Source: Perna viridis
Lineage: Eukaryota
NCBI GenBank assembly: GCA_037379345.1
Contig: CM074511.1
Coordinates: forward strand, 25,713,171-25,777,170
DNA length: 64,000 bases
Direction of reading: 5' to 3'
The position numbers and the translations under genes were made by a program. The notes under the pieces are model-generated. The model was not told where the DNA came from, did no database searches, and saw nothing but the letters and a program-made list of their open reading frames with translations. Shown here one piece after another: positions 1 to 11,655 of the stretch (positions are counted from its first letter, which is position 1; each line of letters starts with the position of its first letter).

Positions 1-3000
1 CTGGAACACTTTCCATTGGTCATTGGCAACCACCATACAACAGTAAAGTCATGTCAGCTCCACGCCCATTTAGTGGATACATTGACAATTTCTTGGTATG
101 GAAAATATCCTTGGAGCCAAATATTGTGACGGACATCTTTCAAATAGACCCACTAGATGTACAACACTTACTGAACCACCTTTGGCAATTCGATGAAGGT
201 CAAGGGTCTATTACATCTGACGTACTCAAAGGCAGCATCATAAACCTACCTTCATCACCATGGATACCACCAGAGTGGATTCCTTCAGATGTGTATTATG
301 TCAAAAATAATTATCCAGGTGTCACGTTCGTTAAATTCGACAGCTCAACAGTCAAAAAAGAAGCTGATAATCTTTGTAGCCAAGTAATGGACAATACTAT
401 ATCATCCTGTATTGGACTGGCAACTGCTACAAAACAAATATTTTACTCAGCTTGCCTTCAAGTGTACAGTACTACCAAAGATTCAGCAAATGCTTACAAT
501 GTTATCTTGAGCTATGGGCGCATTTGTAAGCTGTCTTTAGACCTTGCTTCTCCACCAACAAATAATTTATGTAGCAGTCTGCTCAGCAGTGAAAGTGAAA
601 ACAGCGGATGTACTAAGACGTGTTCATTTGGTGAAAAGCAAAACGACGGGTCATGTTCATGTACATCTGGGTATTTTGGCACGACCTGTTCGGGTATATG
701 TCCAGGAGGATCTGACACACCCTGTAACAATCATGGGAAATGTACAAGCTTGGGTCAGTGCGCTTGTAACTGGAATTGGAATGGTGATACCGAATGTGGA
801 ACATGTACAGGAGGTTTGATGGGACCAGATTGTAGAATTTTTTACCACGGCTCGTCATTTGGGACAAAAGCATACGTTACCGGCAAGGGTGATTACATGG
901 GTTTCAATGGCTATCAAATTTCTTTAGATGAGGCAACTGGAGTTTTTACAGTTTTCAATTCACCTTCCAATTTTGCAGTTGAAGTATTCCAAGTAAGCTG
1001 TATATATGGTACCTGCATAATAGGAGTGTCAATCAAAACTTCTTCAAACCAACTTGTTATCATGCCATCAGGACAGAATGATATGCCTCCATTTGTATAC
1101 AAGGATTTAGTCAAGATTGAATACGAGACCACTACAACGTTACCTGGCCTTAAAATGGAAATGAAGTCTTTCACAGAAATAGAAATTTCTGTTGGATCGA
1201 GTACCATCAAACTTTTGGTCCAGTACAATGGTATAGACATATCAATGGACATACTATCACCAGTGTGCTCCTCATCAACTGGAATTGTTGGAAATTGTGG
1301 CGGTACCAGCGAAACATACACTACATACAATCAAAACAACCTGATGCAGTACGTTACGAACACATATAGTTCGGCAGATGGACCAATAGTTCAAACAATG
1401 CTTGCAGTTTTTGGACGTAATGTAAGCCATGACTCCGGATTTGCTTTATCGTTCAATGAAACGTCGTCTTTGACAGATACACTTACATACAGACAAAACC
1501 ATACTCTGGACAGCAACAGTTTTAGTTTAAGCTTATACTTCAAACCTAAAACCGAGGGTGGAGTCCTACTAGCCTACAGTAAAAACATGACGTTTTCCAT
1601 ACTGAATAGAAATCCAATAATAATGCGATGCGGTACAAAGATCATAACGACTAATGTGACTACTCATCAAAATCAGTGGAACCAGATTGTCACAACATTC
1701 GACAGAACGAACAACAAAATCCATTTTTACCACTATGGACCAAATCTTACTATACGATATCAGATAATCGAAGACTTCTGTTCTGACTTATTTATAGAGG
1801 GAGGCAAAATATCGCTCGGAGAGTGGATACCATCAATCGATTCTGAGAAATATTCATACACAGAAACGTTTGACGGAGAAATAGAAGAAGTGTCAGTTTG
1901 GAAAGATCCAATACCCGCCCCTTTGATATTCCAAGCCGAAAGCCTAAATGTAAAATTGTCCGGTTTCCTAAAAAATGTAACATCTCTTTGGTCGTTCTCA
2001 GAGGGCGTTGGACACACTGCGTTTGACAACGTGATGGGCAACAAAATGAATTTACCTAGCCACCCATGGCAGACACCTCTTTGGGAAGTATCAGATAAAA
2101 CTTTGAAAGTTATCAACGAGGAAACAAGCCCAGACATTGAAACTCAGCAAGGTGCTCTAGATTTGTGCAACTCATTTTTCGACGCTGTGTCAGCTTCATG
2201 TAGCGGTATTTCACCGAATGGTAAGATCTGGTTCAAAAACCAGTGTATTTTGATAGGCAGCTCAACTACAAACATAAGTGATGTTGTTTCGGTAATGGTA
2301 ACATTCACAACGATATGCGATCTTGTTGGCGGGTTAAAGGACACATTATACAACAATATGTGTAGTCTGAACACTTCCATACCGTTCTGGGTTTCACAAG
2401 TCTGCAATAACTGTGGATATGGTTACAAAGGAGCAAATGGAGCGTGTGTCTGCTACTATGGTTTTTACGGAACAAACTGTGATAGTATATGTCCAAATGG
2501 AATTATTTCACCATGCAACAACCAGGGTGTTTGTGACACTAGCGGTATCTGTCAATGTGAAGGTCACTGGTCCGGATCAACATGTGACAGTTGCGAATCA
2601 GGATGGGAAGGGGAAGATTGTGTTGTCATGGCGACAGGACAATTTGCTAACCAGACGACACTTGTAGCTCAAGTGTCCACAAACGGACAAATGATATCAT
2701 TCGATGGGTTTGTCATCGATCTGACCCTCAAGAATGTTTACACCTTGTTTGGCCATTCAAATCAGATAATGTCAGTATATGGCCATGTATCAACGTGCAA
2801 CGATACGTTCCGTACGCATTATTGTTTAAGAGATCTAGTTCTTGACGTGAATGGAATTTTCTATTTCATAAGATCTTTGACAAGCTTTCAAAATAACAAA
2901 GTTGTAGTTTATACCAATTCAGATGAAATAACTATCTACGACAAATTCATTACAAGTGAAATTGAAATTTCGATCATCCAAACCAACACCATTTTATGCA

Positions 3001-6000
3001 CATTCATTGGCATTGACTTGTCCGTTAAATTAGTTTATATCGATAATGGATTAATATTGACGCTGACGTTTCCCAATACAAAGTTTATAAATGATGCTTC
3101 ATACATCAGTGGATTGTTAACATCCTGTAACACTAAAACCTCAATACAAATGGTCAAATGCAATGTACCACGAACAAGTATTTGTGACAAATCTGTCAAT
3201 GCAACAACTGCAGGATCGTGTGTGGGCACATTAAATGTAGCGGCTGTCGAAGCATACCTCCAGCAACATGTGTTTACCGACATTACAGTTGATACCAAGC
3301 TGGAACGGCAGTACATAATAACAGGACCAGCTTGTCTTCTCTTCAGTGGGACAGGATTGTATGTGGATAAAGTAGAATTACCAACGTCTAACTTTGCCAT
3401 TGAGTTCCATGTGAAACCAACCGCTGTCAATGGACCAATGATGACGTATCATACTGCTACACATCAAATAATTATAGTCAACTACAAAACTGGTATAGTA
3501 GTGATTGCAGATGACACAGTATACCAGACTAACATTCTGTTAGACCAGGACACATGGAACCAAGTAAATCTTGTATGGAACAAACAAAATTACCAGCTTG
3601 AGGTGTACGTAATATCAAATGCTGGCACGACGACTGTAAAAGAAATTGCTTGTCCCTTTGATGTATTTGAATCTGGTGGAACATTTACAATTGGACAAAT
3701 TGGAGATGGTGTAATATCATTGTTCCCTATAGGCACATTCAATGGTTACATTGACGAATTGAGAATATGGACAAGACCAAATAATCCATCTATCATAAGA
3801 ACGAATTGGAGAATCTCTGTCACAGACAGAACTCCTGACCTTCATGCTGCATGGTCTTTAAATGAAGGGACTGGATTTGTAGCGTCGGAATTAAAGAACA
3901 ACCAACATCTGTTTGCAGTAAATTATGCTAATCCTCCAACATGGGCTGCATCAGACCTTGATTTGAGTCCTGGGGTCGATTTAAGGCTTCCGGAAATAAC
4001 AGCGAAGACTCCACTTAGTACAACAGTCGATACATCTAAATGTGACGCCCTTTTGGATTCATCTGAACTCGACAGTCGTTGTTCTGGACTGGAAAATATT
4101 TTGTCAGACCTTCATGGCGAATGTATTACCCTCGTTCAAACAACAGGTAATTCTGACTTGGCAGAAGTGTTATTGTTGAGTATTGCTGACTACTGTCAAA
4201 ATGCCAAAAACTTGACAGAATCGCCCGCTAAGGCTCTTTGTAATCAAATCGATGTTCATGACAAATATGTATCATGGTATGGTGGATCATGTAGCAATGA
4301 ATGTGTTTTTGGTACTGTCTATAACAGCGTTTGTAGTTGCGATCCCTCCCACTATGGCCCATCGTGTTCGGGATCTTGCAGACTTGGACCACAAGGAGCA
4401 TGTAATGCACATGGTACTTGCGACTCTACATCAGGTGAATGCCAATGCAACTCCCACTGGAACGGAGTTACATTGAAGGCGTCGGACTACTGGAAATCGC
4501 TCTCAACACAATTAAGTGTCAAAATATCACTCTCATCCTACTCATGCACAGATTGTTCTTCAGGGTGGCACGGAGCCGATTGTAACTTCGTTGTCCAGGC
4601 AATCAAAAGCGGACAGTCAAACGCTGTTGGGTTCATGTTAGCTTCCTACATAACAACATTAGGTGGTGCATCATATAGGTTAATACTTCCGGGAATATAC
4701 AACGTTTATTCAGTTTCTGGCATGTCTGTTCAGGCTGTATTCTGGCCTTGTAGTAATGATATATATTGCCGACAGATGAAAGAAATTTCCGTTAGCAGTG
4801 GTGCACAAACTGTTAGTGTGTTGAGATTCAATGATACCTTACAACCAATGCATATTGGGGGTCTCATCGATTTTGTGTATCCAGTCACCAAATCTATTTC
4901 TAATATCGAAGTCAAGTGGATAGTTCAAAACTATGTCAGGATAACCGTCGGCTCATTTTCTGTTCTGGTATCGGACAGCAATACTGGATTGATATGTAGA
5001 TTTAAAATTGGAACAAGCAGTGGACATGGTGCCACTGGGTTGTTAGGTAACACGGATGACCCATGGTGGATGAACTTGTTATCTCCTAGTGATAAGGTCA
5101 GTGCCAACTCCTCATTAATTGACAACTTGTCAGCATCTTACACTGGCTCCTGGACAAAGAGTGCATTTGGGTCATCATTATCAACGGTCCATACTTGGCA
5201 CGCAAATAGGCAGCAGAACCTAACGACAGCAGGATTTCTCCTGCATTTAACTTTGCAATCAGTAACGTATTCTGGTGTTTACATGACAAAGGACATAACG
5301 GCTTTCACCATCAGTTTTTGGATGAGAATACAAATTCATTTGATACACCAGCCTTTGATTGTGTACCAGTTAGATGGTCAAAACCTTACTTTGTCTGCTG
5401 AGACCGGTAAAATAACATTACAGTGGGGAACCAAATGGACAACTTCCCTAGAATTGAAACTTACCACATGGATCTACGCTGCTATGACTTGGAAATCGTC
5501 CGACGGAGAATTGTTACTTTTCCTAATGACAGATGGACGTCTCCAATACAAGGTCATCAAAAAAGTTCACGAATCATCCACATTTAATATTGAATCGATT
5601 TTCATTTTAGGAAATGATAATAGTCCGCTAGAAGTTGATCACGTCCGAGTTTGGAAGGTAGCAAAATCATTGGACACAGTGCTAGCGGAAATGGCATCAT
5701 ATGCGGATGATTTGGCGTCAGAAAAAGAACTTATTGTGCTAATAGGGTGTGATGAAGGTTCAGGACTTATATCAATTCTAGATTCTTCAGCATTGTCTGG
5801 TACAAAATCAATATCAGGAATAATTTCTGAACCAGAGACTGGCGATTTATGGATTCCGTCGGATATCCCAACTACTAAATCGTATATGCCAAAAGATTTA
5901 TCGCCTGCATCGGTAAATAAAACTATCCTCGACGAATGCATAGAAGCACTGAATAATTCAGATACACAACAGTACTGTCAAGATGTGAGCAATATCACAG

Positions 6001-7667
6001 AATTTTTCCTTGAAGCCTGTCTAGCTGATTACGATAATATCGGAGAGAACGCAACTGATATACTTATCGTTCACAACCTTATCTTTTACTGTCAAGCAAC
6101 TTTCAATGTAGATGAATGTAAGTTGAATGAATATTTCGACTACTGTACTGACAAAGACGAAGAAACATCGGAAAGTAGCATCTTGTTGATCATCATTATA
6201 ATCTGTTGCATAATTCCGGTCATCATACTAATCATATGTTGTTGCTGCTGGTTCCATGGCGTCCTTTGCTTTAAACAATGTAAACCTGGGATAAAAGCAG
6301 GAAAGACAAAGGACAATCAAAATGATGCTATTGTCAACTATGAGTACGAGGAAGATTCAGATGTCGCTTATTCAAGAAATCGAATAAACTCTCGCAACGC
6401 AAATGTGTTATTTGGAGATGAAACAGGTTTCCGTACTCTTGATTCTGGGATGTCTAGACGAAGTAGTTCAGCACTATCGGCATCGGATTTCCCAGTTTTA
6501 TTTGATACCTTTGATGACGATTTTGTATCCCCACCACCACCACGCGGTACCCTATTCACTCCTGGCCCAACGTCTCCAGCACCACCCCCGTCATCAGGTG
6601 GACCTAGAAGTACATCATCACTGCTGGCCACACTGGGAAGCATCATTCCGAAAGTTAAGAAAGGTAAAAAAGGAAATCATCCTGCTCCTGCTGACTTTAG
6701 GCTGCAAGACGCAAATATTGACGATCAATCTGTGAATGTTCAAATTGCTCAACCAAAAACGTTTACCAGACATGACAATGCAACACCTGTTTTCGGTAAA
6801 AAAACGCATGCGCCATTTTTAAAGAATCCGACAGCCACTCCAGTATTCAACAATCCTAATGAAAGTGAAAGACCTGATTCTGCCTCATCAGAAACGAGGG
6901 CGAAATCACGATCACCTTTTGTTACTCCAGGATTAGATGACAATAACATCAGCGATGACGGAACAGTCAGTCCTTTCCAACCAGAGGAGTTATCTACCTT
7001 TTCTGTTGTTAACAGAGGCTACTCGCCAGACCTAAAAGATGCAGAACCCGTTTTCTCAAAAGATCATAAGCCATTGCCAGTCCTAGTTGAAGTGCCATCA
7101 ATGGAAACTTTCAAATCAAAACCATCCGATCCAGGAAGAAAGTCTAGAGCTACCAATGCAATTCATGGACCACCAACAATTGATGGAAAACCAGGCCTAC
7201 CACGAAACGCTTTTGGTGGTAGTGAACCTCAGAAACTGAAGAAATCTTCTGCTCGTTCATCAAGAAGTTCCGATGCCGTCCATGGTACATTAGGTACACA
7301 AGATAAATCATTACTTAATCAAGAAGATAAAGTGATAATAAAGCCACCATCTTACTCGGCGCCCTCTCCTGGACTTTTGATTGATTTGGATGATTTAATG
7401 GGGACAAAAGATAAACATTCTCAGCCACTGACAGGTCAGACAAAGCCGCTGGTTCCATTGCCAGGCTCTTTGCCGCAGCAAACCAAAAATCAAACTAAGA
7501 AAGCCAAATCAACGAAAAGTTCTGATGTTGTTCCCACAGCTCCTGGACCACTAGGGGCAATGATGTTAGCAGCAGCTGGTACGAAAAGAAAAGAAGGAGA
7601 AGACTTGTTGATGCAAACACCACCAGATGATACTTTACTTAGGGAAGATGACCTCAGGGAAGTGTAG
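1..7667 (+). CDS. Giant type I membrane protein with EGF/VWD-like/LamG/C8-like repeated modules, copy 1 (5'-partial; part of a large terminal exon)
   Basis: The frame is open from the window start (3-50 reads GTLSIGHWQPPYNSKV, before the ORF-track Met). EGF motifs (CPGGSDTPCNNHGKC; CQCEGHWSGSTC), LamG/pentraxin motifs (FDGEIEEVSVW/WSFSEGVG; FNGYIDELRIW/WSLNEGTG), VWD-like motifs (GQMISFDG; GLLGN). Cys-rich TM segment at about 6180-6254, then a Pro/Ser-rich tail. Stop TAG at 7667. Confidence 0.9.
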   Translation, partial: GTLSIGHWQPPYNSKVMSAPRPFSGYIDNFLVWKISLEPNIVTDIFQIDPLDVQHLLNHLWQFDEGQGSITSDVLKGSIINLPSSPWIPPEWIPSDVYYVKNNYPGVTFVKFDSSTVKKEADNLCSQVMDNTISSCIGLATATKQIFYSACLQVYSTTKDSANAYNVILSYGRICKLSLDLASPPTNNLCSSLLSSESENSGCTKTCSFGEKQNDGSCSCTSGYFGTTCSGICPGGSDTPCNNHGKCTSLGQCACNWNWNGDTECGTCTGGLMGPDCRIFYHGSSFGTKAYVTGKGDYMGFNGYQISLDEATGVFTVFNSPSNFAVEVFQVSCIYGTCIIGVSIKTSSNQLVIMPSGQNDMPPFVYKDLVKIEYETTTTLPGLKMEMKSFTEIEISVGSSTIKLLVQYNGIDISMDILSPVCSSSTGIVGNCGGTSETYTTYNQNNLMQYVTNTYSSADGPIVQTMLAVFGRNVSHDSGFALSFNETSSLTDTLTYRQNHTLDSNSFSLSLYFKPKTEGGVLLAYSKNMTFSILNRNPIIMRCGTKIITTNVTTHQNQWNQIVTTFDRTNNKIHFYHYGPNLTIRYQIIEDFCSDLFIEGGKISLGEWIPSIDSEKYSYTETFDGEIEEVSVWKDPIPAPLIFQAESLNVKLSGFLKNVTSLWSFSEGVGHTAFDNVMGNKMNLPSHPWQTPLWEVSDKTLKVINEETSPDIETQQGALDLCNSFFDAVSASCSGISPNGKIWFKNQCILIGSSTTNISDVVSVMVTFTTICDLVGGLKDTLYNNMCSLNTSIPFWVSQVCNNCGYGYKGANGACVCYYGFYGTNCDSICPNGIISPCNNQGVCDTSGICQCEGHWSGSTCDSCESGWEGEDCVVMATGQFANQTTLVAQVSTNGQMISFDGFVIDLTLKNVYTLFGHSNQIMSVYGHVSTCNDTFRTHYCLRDLVLDVNGIFYFIRSLTSFQNNKVVVYTNSDEITIYDKFITSEIEISIIQTNTILCTFIGIDLSVKLVYIDNGLILTLTFPNTKFINDASYISGLLTSCNTKTSIQMVKCNVPRTSICDKSVNATTAGSCVGTLNVAAVEAYLQQHVFTDITVDTKLERQYIITGPACLLFSGTGLYVDKVELPTSNFAIEFHVKPTAVNGPMMTYHTATHQIIIVNYKTGIVVIADDTVYQTNILLDQDTWNQVNLVWNKQNYQLEVYVISNAGTTTVKEIACPFDVFESGGTFTIGQIGDGVISLFPIGTFNGYIDELRIWTRPNNPSIIRTNWRISVTDRTPDLHAAWSLNEGTGFVASELKNNQHLFAVNYANPPTWAASDLDLSPGVDLRLPEITAKTPLSTTVDTSKCDALLDSSELDSRCSGLENILSDLHGECITLVQTTGNSDLAEVLLLSIADYCQNAKNLTESPAKALCNQIDVHDKYVSWYGGSCSNECVFGTVYNSVCSCDPSHYGPSCSGSCRLGPQGACNAHGTCDSTSGECQCNSHWNGVTLKASDYWKSLSTQLSVKISLSSYSCTDCSSGWHGADCNFVVQAIKSGQSNAVGFMLASYITTLGGASYRLILPGIYNVYSVSGMSVQAVFWPCSNDIYCRQMKEISVSSGAQTVSVLRFNDTLQPMHIGGLIDFVYPVTKSISNIEVKWIVQNYVRITVGSFSVLVSDSNTGLICRFKIGTSSGHGATGLLGNTDDPWWMNLLSPSDKVSANSSLIDNLSASYTGSWTKSAFGSSLSTVHTWHANRQQNLTTAGFLLHLTLQSVTYSGVYMTKDITAFTISFWMRIQIHLIHQPLIVYQLDGQNLTLSAETGKITLQWGTKWTTSLELKLTTWIYAAMTWKSSDGELLLFLMTDGRLQYKVIKKVHESSTFNIESIFILGNDNSPLEVDHVRVWKVAKSLDTVLAEMASYADDLASEKELIVLIGCDEGSGLISILDSSALSGTKSISGIISEPETGDLWIPSDIPTTKSYMPKDLSPASVNKTILDECIEALNNSDTQQYCQDVSNITEFFLEACLADYDNIGENATDILIVHNLIFYCQATFNVDECKLNEYFDYCTDKDEETSESSILLIIIIICCIIPVIILIICCCCWFHGVLCFKQCKPGIKAGKTKDNQNDAIVNYEYEEDSDVAYSRNRINSRNANVLFGDETGFRTLDSGMSRRSSSALSASDFPVLFDTFDDDFVSPPPPRGTLFTPGPTSPAPPPSSGGPRSTSSLLATLGSIIPKVKKGKKGNHPAPADFRLQDANIDDQSVNVQIAQPKTFTRHDNATPVFGKKTHAPFLKNPTATPVFNNPNESERPDSASSETRAKSRSPFVTPGLDDNNISDDGTVSPFQPEELSTFSVVNRGYSPDLKDAEPVFSKDHKPLPVLVEVPSMETFKSKPSDPGRKSRATNAIHGPPTIDGKPGLPRNAFGGSEPQKLKKSSARSSRSSDAVHGTLGTQDKSLLNQEDKVIIKPPSYSAPSPGLLIDLDDLMGTKDKHSQPLTGQTKPLVPLPGSLPQQTKNQTKKAKSTKSSDVVPTAPGPLGAMMLAAAGTKRKEGEDLLMQTPPDDTLLREDDLREV

Positions 7668-9645
7668 AACAAGAGTTTAATTATGACATTAAACATACAA
7701 ATTTAATACATGTATACTTTAGAACAAAACGATCGATTGATTAATTTTGTGATTTGATTTGTGACAGTTTAGGAATTGATGAACAAGCCTCAATTGTATT
7801 AGTTAATACATTTTATGTTTATGATTTTTTCCCTTCACATGTCATTAGGTTTGGGTTATATTCGTTACATAGCTCTCTTTATTCAATTTCCATAAATCAC
7901 AATTCTTAAAAAAAAATGAGCTCAACAAAAAGACATTCGTATTAATATTTTTAAGCCTTTAATGTATTTTATTAATTATGATCAGGCATTTAAATATGGT
8001 GATTTTTTCAAAGACTAATTTCTCATAAATTTTCATACTTATTTTTAAACATTGATATATAGTTTCAACCGGTATTTTTATATCATTTTATTTTGTATGA
8101 TAATGCCTAAAGAATAAGATAATTTGAAAATGATTTACGCTCTATTTATGTTACTATGTTCTTATATTTTTTTTCATCATTTTACCTTTAATATTACCGT
8201 TATGCATAGGAACCTTACTTTTGGAACATCTCATTAAGTATCAGTTTTATTTTTATCAAAACTAAAATTTTGAAAATGATTGTTTGACCTCGTGACAAAA
8301 TTCCCTGAATTAATTTAGAATGTTTTTTGTACATGAAAATTTTCATCTGTACGAAATAATTACGTTGTTGATTTTTTTACTGTGATTTTTTTTTCAGTCT
8401 AATGATAAGTGCCATAATTTCCGTCCATCACTTTTTCTATTTATTATATATGTTTTACTAACGCGACAATGTAAGAACGTTTTCTTTATTATATCTATCT
8501 TCGTACTTAATGACTGTTCTGTTTATATCTTTTCATGTTATAAAAACTTATAGAATATTTTATGTTTTAAGCCCTAATTTTAACTACCTTGTGGCTTTGA
8601 GACTTGTTCGCCCCACCCCCTAAACCCCAGTTAAAGCGTCATCGGGGCATAGAAATGTACAGCGTTCGTCTGTCACATGCAGTAACTTTGTGGACTTGTC
8701 TTTTCTTTTCTTTTTCTTTTTTTTTTTTTTTTTTTTTTGAAACGGCTTGTTGGGTTATTTCCATATTTGATAGGATATATGTAATGGAGTGCAAATGTGC
8801 GTACTAAACAACCTATCATTTTCGTTTAGCTTTGTAGGAGTTATGGGGCTTACTATTTACTTAAGACCTTTCAAGAACCTCAATAATAATATGATAACAC
8901 ACCTTGGTACGTTCGTTCCATATTAGGTTTATTGTATTAATAACAAGTACTATCTTTAAAAAAAAAAAAAGATAGCCGATGCAGTAAAATTTTATTTCTA
9001 AGTTTCTACATTTCTTTCAAGGAAATAGCACTTGGCACGCAATTTCAAATTTTCGATACAGTTTTTTCGAACGGAGTTTCAAATTTTCGATACCGTTCTT
9101 TTGAACGCCACTAAGTTATCAGTATTTGGCCAATCGGGAACAGAATTGCCATCAGATGACTTGCGTTTCTGTAGAAGAGCGTCCTTAAGAACAAAGGGTA
9201 AAAAGCGAAACTATACCGACTTCGTCGGAAAAAAGTGAAGATGTGTAAATTTTGATTCAACAAAGTTTGTAACAGTTGTGGGACATTTACTATTCAAATA
9301 ATGACCATATGGATTCATGCCCTTTAAACTGCTTGGCAATTTCTGCTGGACATTAGTAGGATTGTTGTTATGGAGTGTACATCTGCATTCTATATTTGTG
9401 CTATAGTTCAATTTCAACTAATACATTCCATCTGACTAAATTTTCAGCAAGTGAAATTGTGAACAAACACAAACTGGTTGCTACCTCTTTTCATGCTGAG
9501 CCTAGTAGCATGAAAGTTCTCACTGTGTACTGGCTTCCTAAACTTCGCAAAGGACCTTATAAATGAATATCTATTTTCACTTTTCAAGTCATTGGTCAAC
9601 AACCAGACTATTTTAATTACTAGTGCGCTTGATAACATAAAAATC
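1..9645 (+). repeat. Left arm of a large inverted segmental duplication (partner 52783-61780); may extend beyond the window
   Basis: 1-8609 matches the reverse complement of 53170-61780, and 9259-9645 matches the reverse complement of 52783-53169. Segment 8610-9258 is absent from the right arm. Confidence 0.95.
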
Positions 9646-9830
9646 TCCAATTATAATTTTTTGAAACAACGCTTATGAAAATAGTGGAATTAACTATGTT
9701 TCCAGTGTTGAAAACTCGCTTATTAAATTACATGCCCATATGAGATCTTTCGAATCTAAGTTTTGATTTTTCTACCCTATACACTACACTTTCACATAAT
9801 CTCATAAAACACAAAAAATGTTTTTATTAA
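9400..9830 (+). mobile_element. Degenerate Penelope-like retroelement RT fragment
   Basis: Interrupted frames read VYWLPKLRKGPYK, AYENSGINY and FDFSTL..TLSHNLIK, typical of invertebrate PLE reverse transcriptases. The 5' part is duplicated in reverse at about 52783-53030. Confidence 0.7.
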
Positions 9831-10037
9831 TAATGGTAAAATTAACACTAAAATTTACGATGATTTTTCATTCTGCCATTTTACATACTTGACAATTTGT
9901 TCAATATGCTCGTGTCTGCAACAATATTTCGGATTTTAATGAGAGAAATCCTATTATAACCGAGAAGTTTTCAATATCACAAGCTCGTATAAAACATTCA
10001 CAAACATTTTCCCGAAATACAGATATACTTATAAACG

Positions 10038-11375
10038 ATTAATACTTACTCCCACCCTATATGTTATGGTAATATTCTTCACAAAGCACGGAAAGCTCTA
10101 TATTGGCTCAATAAGTATACTAAACCGTTGAATTCGTAATGAATATAGTTGTGATACTGTTGTCAAATCATTGAAGATAGCATTTAATTGTAGCTCAACT
10201 GACCCTAAGGATTGCCATCACTTGGCGTTCGTCGTCGTTACGAATTTTTAAGATGTTTTACCACAGACTGGCCATCTATGTCGTTATTTAACCCCTCGCT
10301 TTCGCTCGGGTTTAAACAATGCGACTTAAATAGCCAGCCCATGGTAAAACAATGATAAAATGTAGTATCCGTGATTTATTTCCTAATTTTGGCAAGACAC
10401 GAGTTATGTCCTTATTGCATAACTTATGATGTACCTGGGTTCTCAATCCCACATGAGAAGCATAGGGATTGATATTACATACGGTGAGGGCATAACTTTT
10501 TGTAGGTTTTAACTTGTTCGAAGGTGGTATGTCTGTTAACTACTAGCAGTCATTCGTTTGTGCATTTGTTTAACGTACAATCAGTTTCTTTGTTTCTGTT
10601 TAAACAATGGACTCAGACCTTTTTGAACTGATTTTAGGTGTGTTAAGTTGTGTATAATTTTTACCACAGTTGGTCAAATTAAAAAAAGGAGGGTAGTGAT
10701 CACGCCAAAGTACTTTAACCTCGCCGCATTTTTTGCGCCTGTCCCAAAGTCAGGAATTTCTGGCCTCTGTATGTCTTGTTTCGTTTCCACTTTCATTTTA
10801 CTTTTTATGTTACTGGAGTATATATGGGGGCAACAATTTCGCTGTACCAGTGTTTAATGTTTTGGGGTCAGCTGCAGCCTGTCTTAGGGTTTCCTCGTCC
10901 TTCATTGAAGATCCATGAGTGGCCTTGGGCTGACATTTTTCATCCCAGTGGGGTTGCTGTCATTTAACAAATCCGCTATATCCATTCTCGTTATTAAAAC
11001 AACACTTATTGAAGGGAAAATTGTAAAATATCTGGAGTTATTCAAGTCCAGCTTGTGTGTCTCTTGGATCTTTATGCCTAAAACGAGCAGCACGGCGAAA
11101 GGTTAATTTCATATAGAAAACGTTTTGGGACTTAGTCCTCTTTAAAAATCTGTTCATGCTATATTATGTATTATTGTGAAGCAATTTATTTCATCCATAG
11201 AAAGCAAGGTATAGTTAGCAATATATTCCCATATTCGGTGTTTCAAAGCTTTACTCTTGTATAGCAGAGCCTATAAGCTGGAGGAACGATATATAGCAAA
11301 TCAAAAGCGTTTTTTTTTCATTTTTGCTTTATGTTTTATCAACATTTTGCATCTATGTATCCTTCAATCATATTT
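10038..11375 (+). repeat. 1.33 kb direct repeat, copy 1
   Basis: Near-identical, same orientation, to 51449-52775 (starts attaatacttactcccaccc, ends ccttcaatcatattt). Confidence 0.95.
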
Positions 11376-11524
11376 GTTTTTATCCGATTAAATTCGACCC
11401 CATACATTTTAGTTATTTAGAAAGACGATTGATACTTACCAACACCCTTTCTTTTTTTACCTTTGCGTGCTTTTGCACTTCGTTCATTGGCATTACTCGT
11501 CAAATAAAAAGTGACAAAAGTGCT

Positions 11525-11655
11525 GTGGTCCTTTTCACAAAAAAATCGTAAGAGTAAAATTAGTTGTAAGTTATGACGTCATAGTAAATAAAAGTATTGT
11601 GACGTCATAACTTACGATTAATTTTACTCTTACAAATTTTTGTGAAAAGGGCCAC
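11525..11655. mobile_element. ~130 bp fold-back MITE-like element
   Basis: Arms of about 60 bp form an imperfect inverted repeat (gtggtccttttcacaaaa... / ...tttttgtgaaaagggccac). Each arm contains TGACGTCA. Confidence 0.75.

Noticed and set aside
512-6949. Many short antisense or alternate-frame ORFs inside the giant CDS (mirrored at 54832-63142)
   Set aside because: Shadow ORFs of a long coding exon; their recurrence only reflects the duplication.
7650-7667. C-terminal PDZ-binding motif (LREV)
   Set aside because: Ends in Val, but the -2 residue is Arg, which fits none of the canonical classes.
10648-11106. Conserved-looking small ORFs repeated at 52050-52508
   Set aside because: They lie inside the recent 1.33 kb direct repeat and show no protein motifs.
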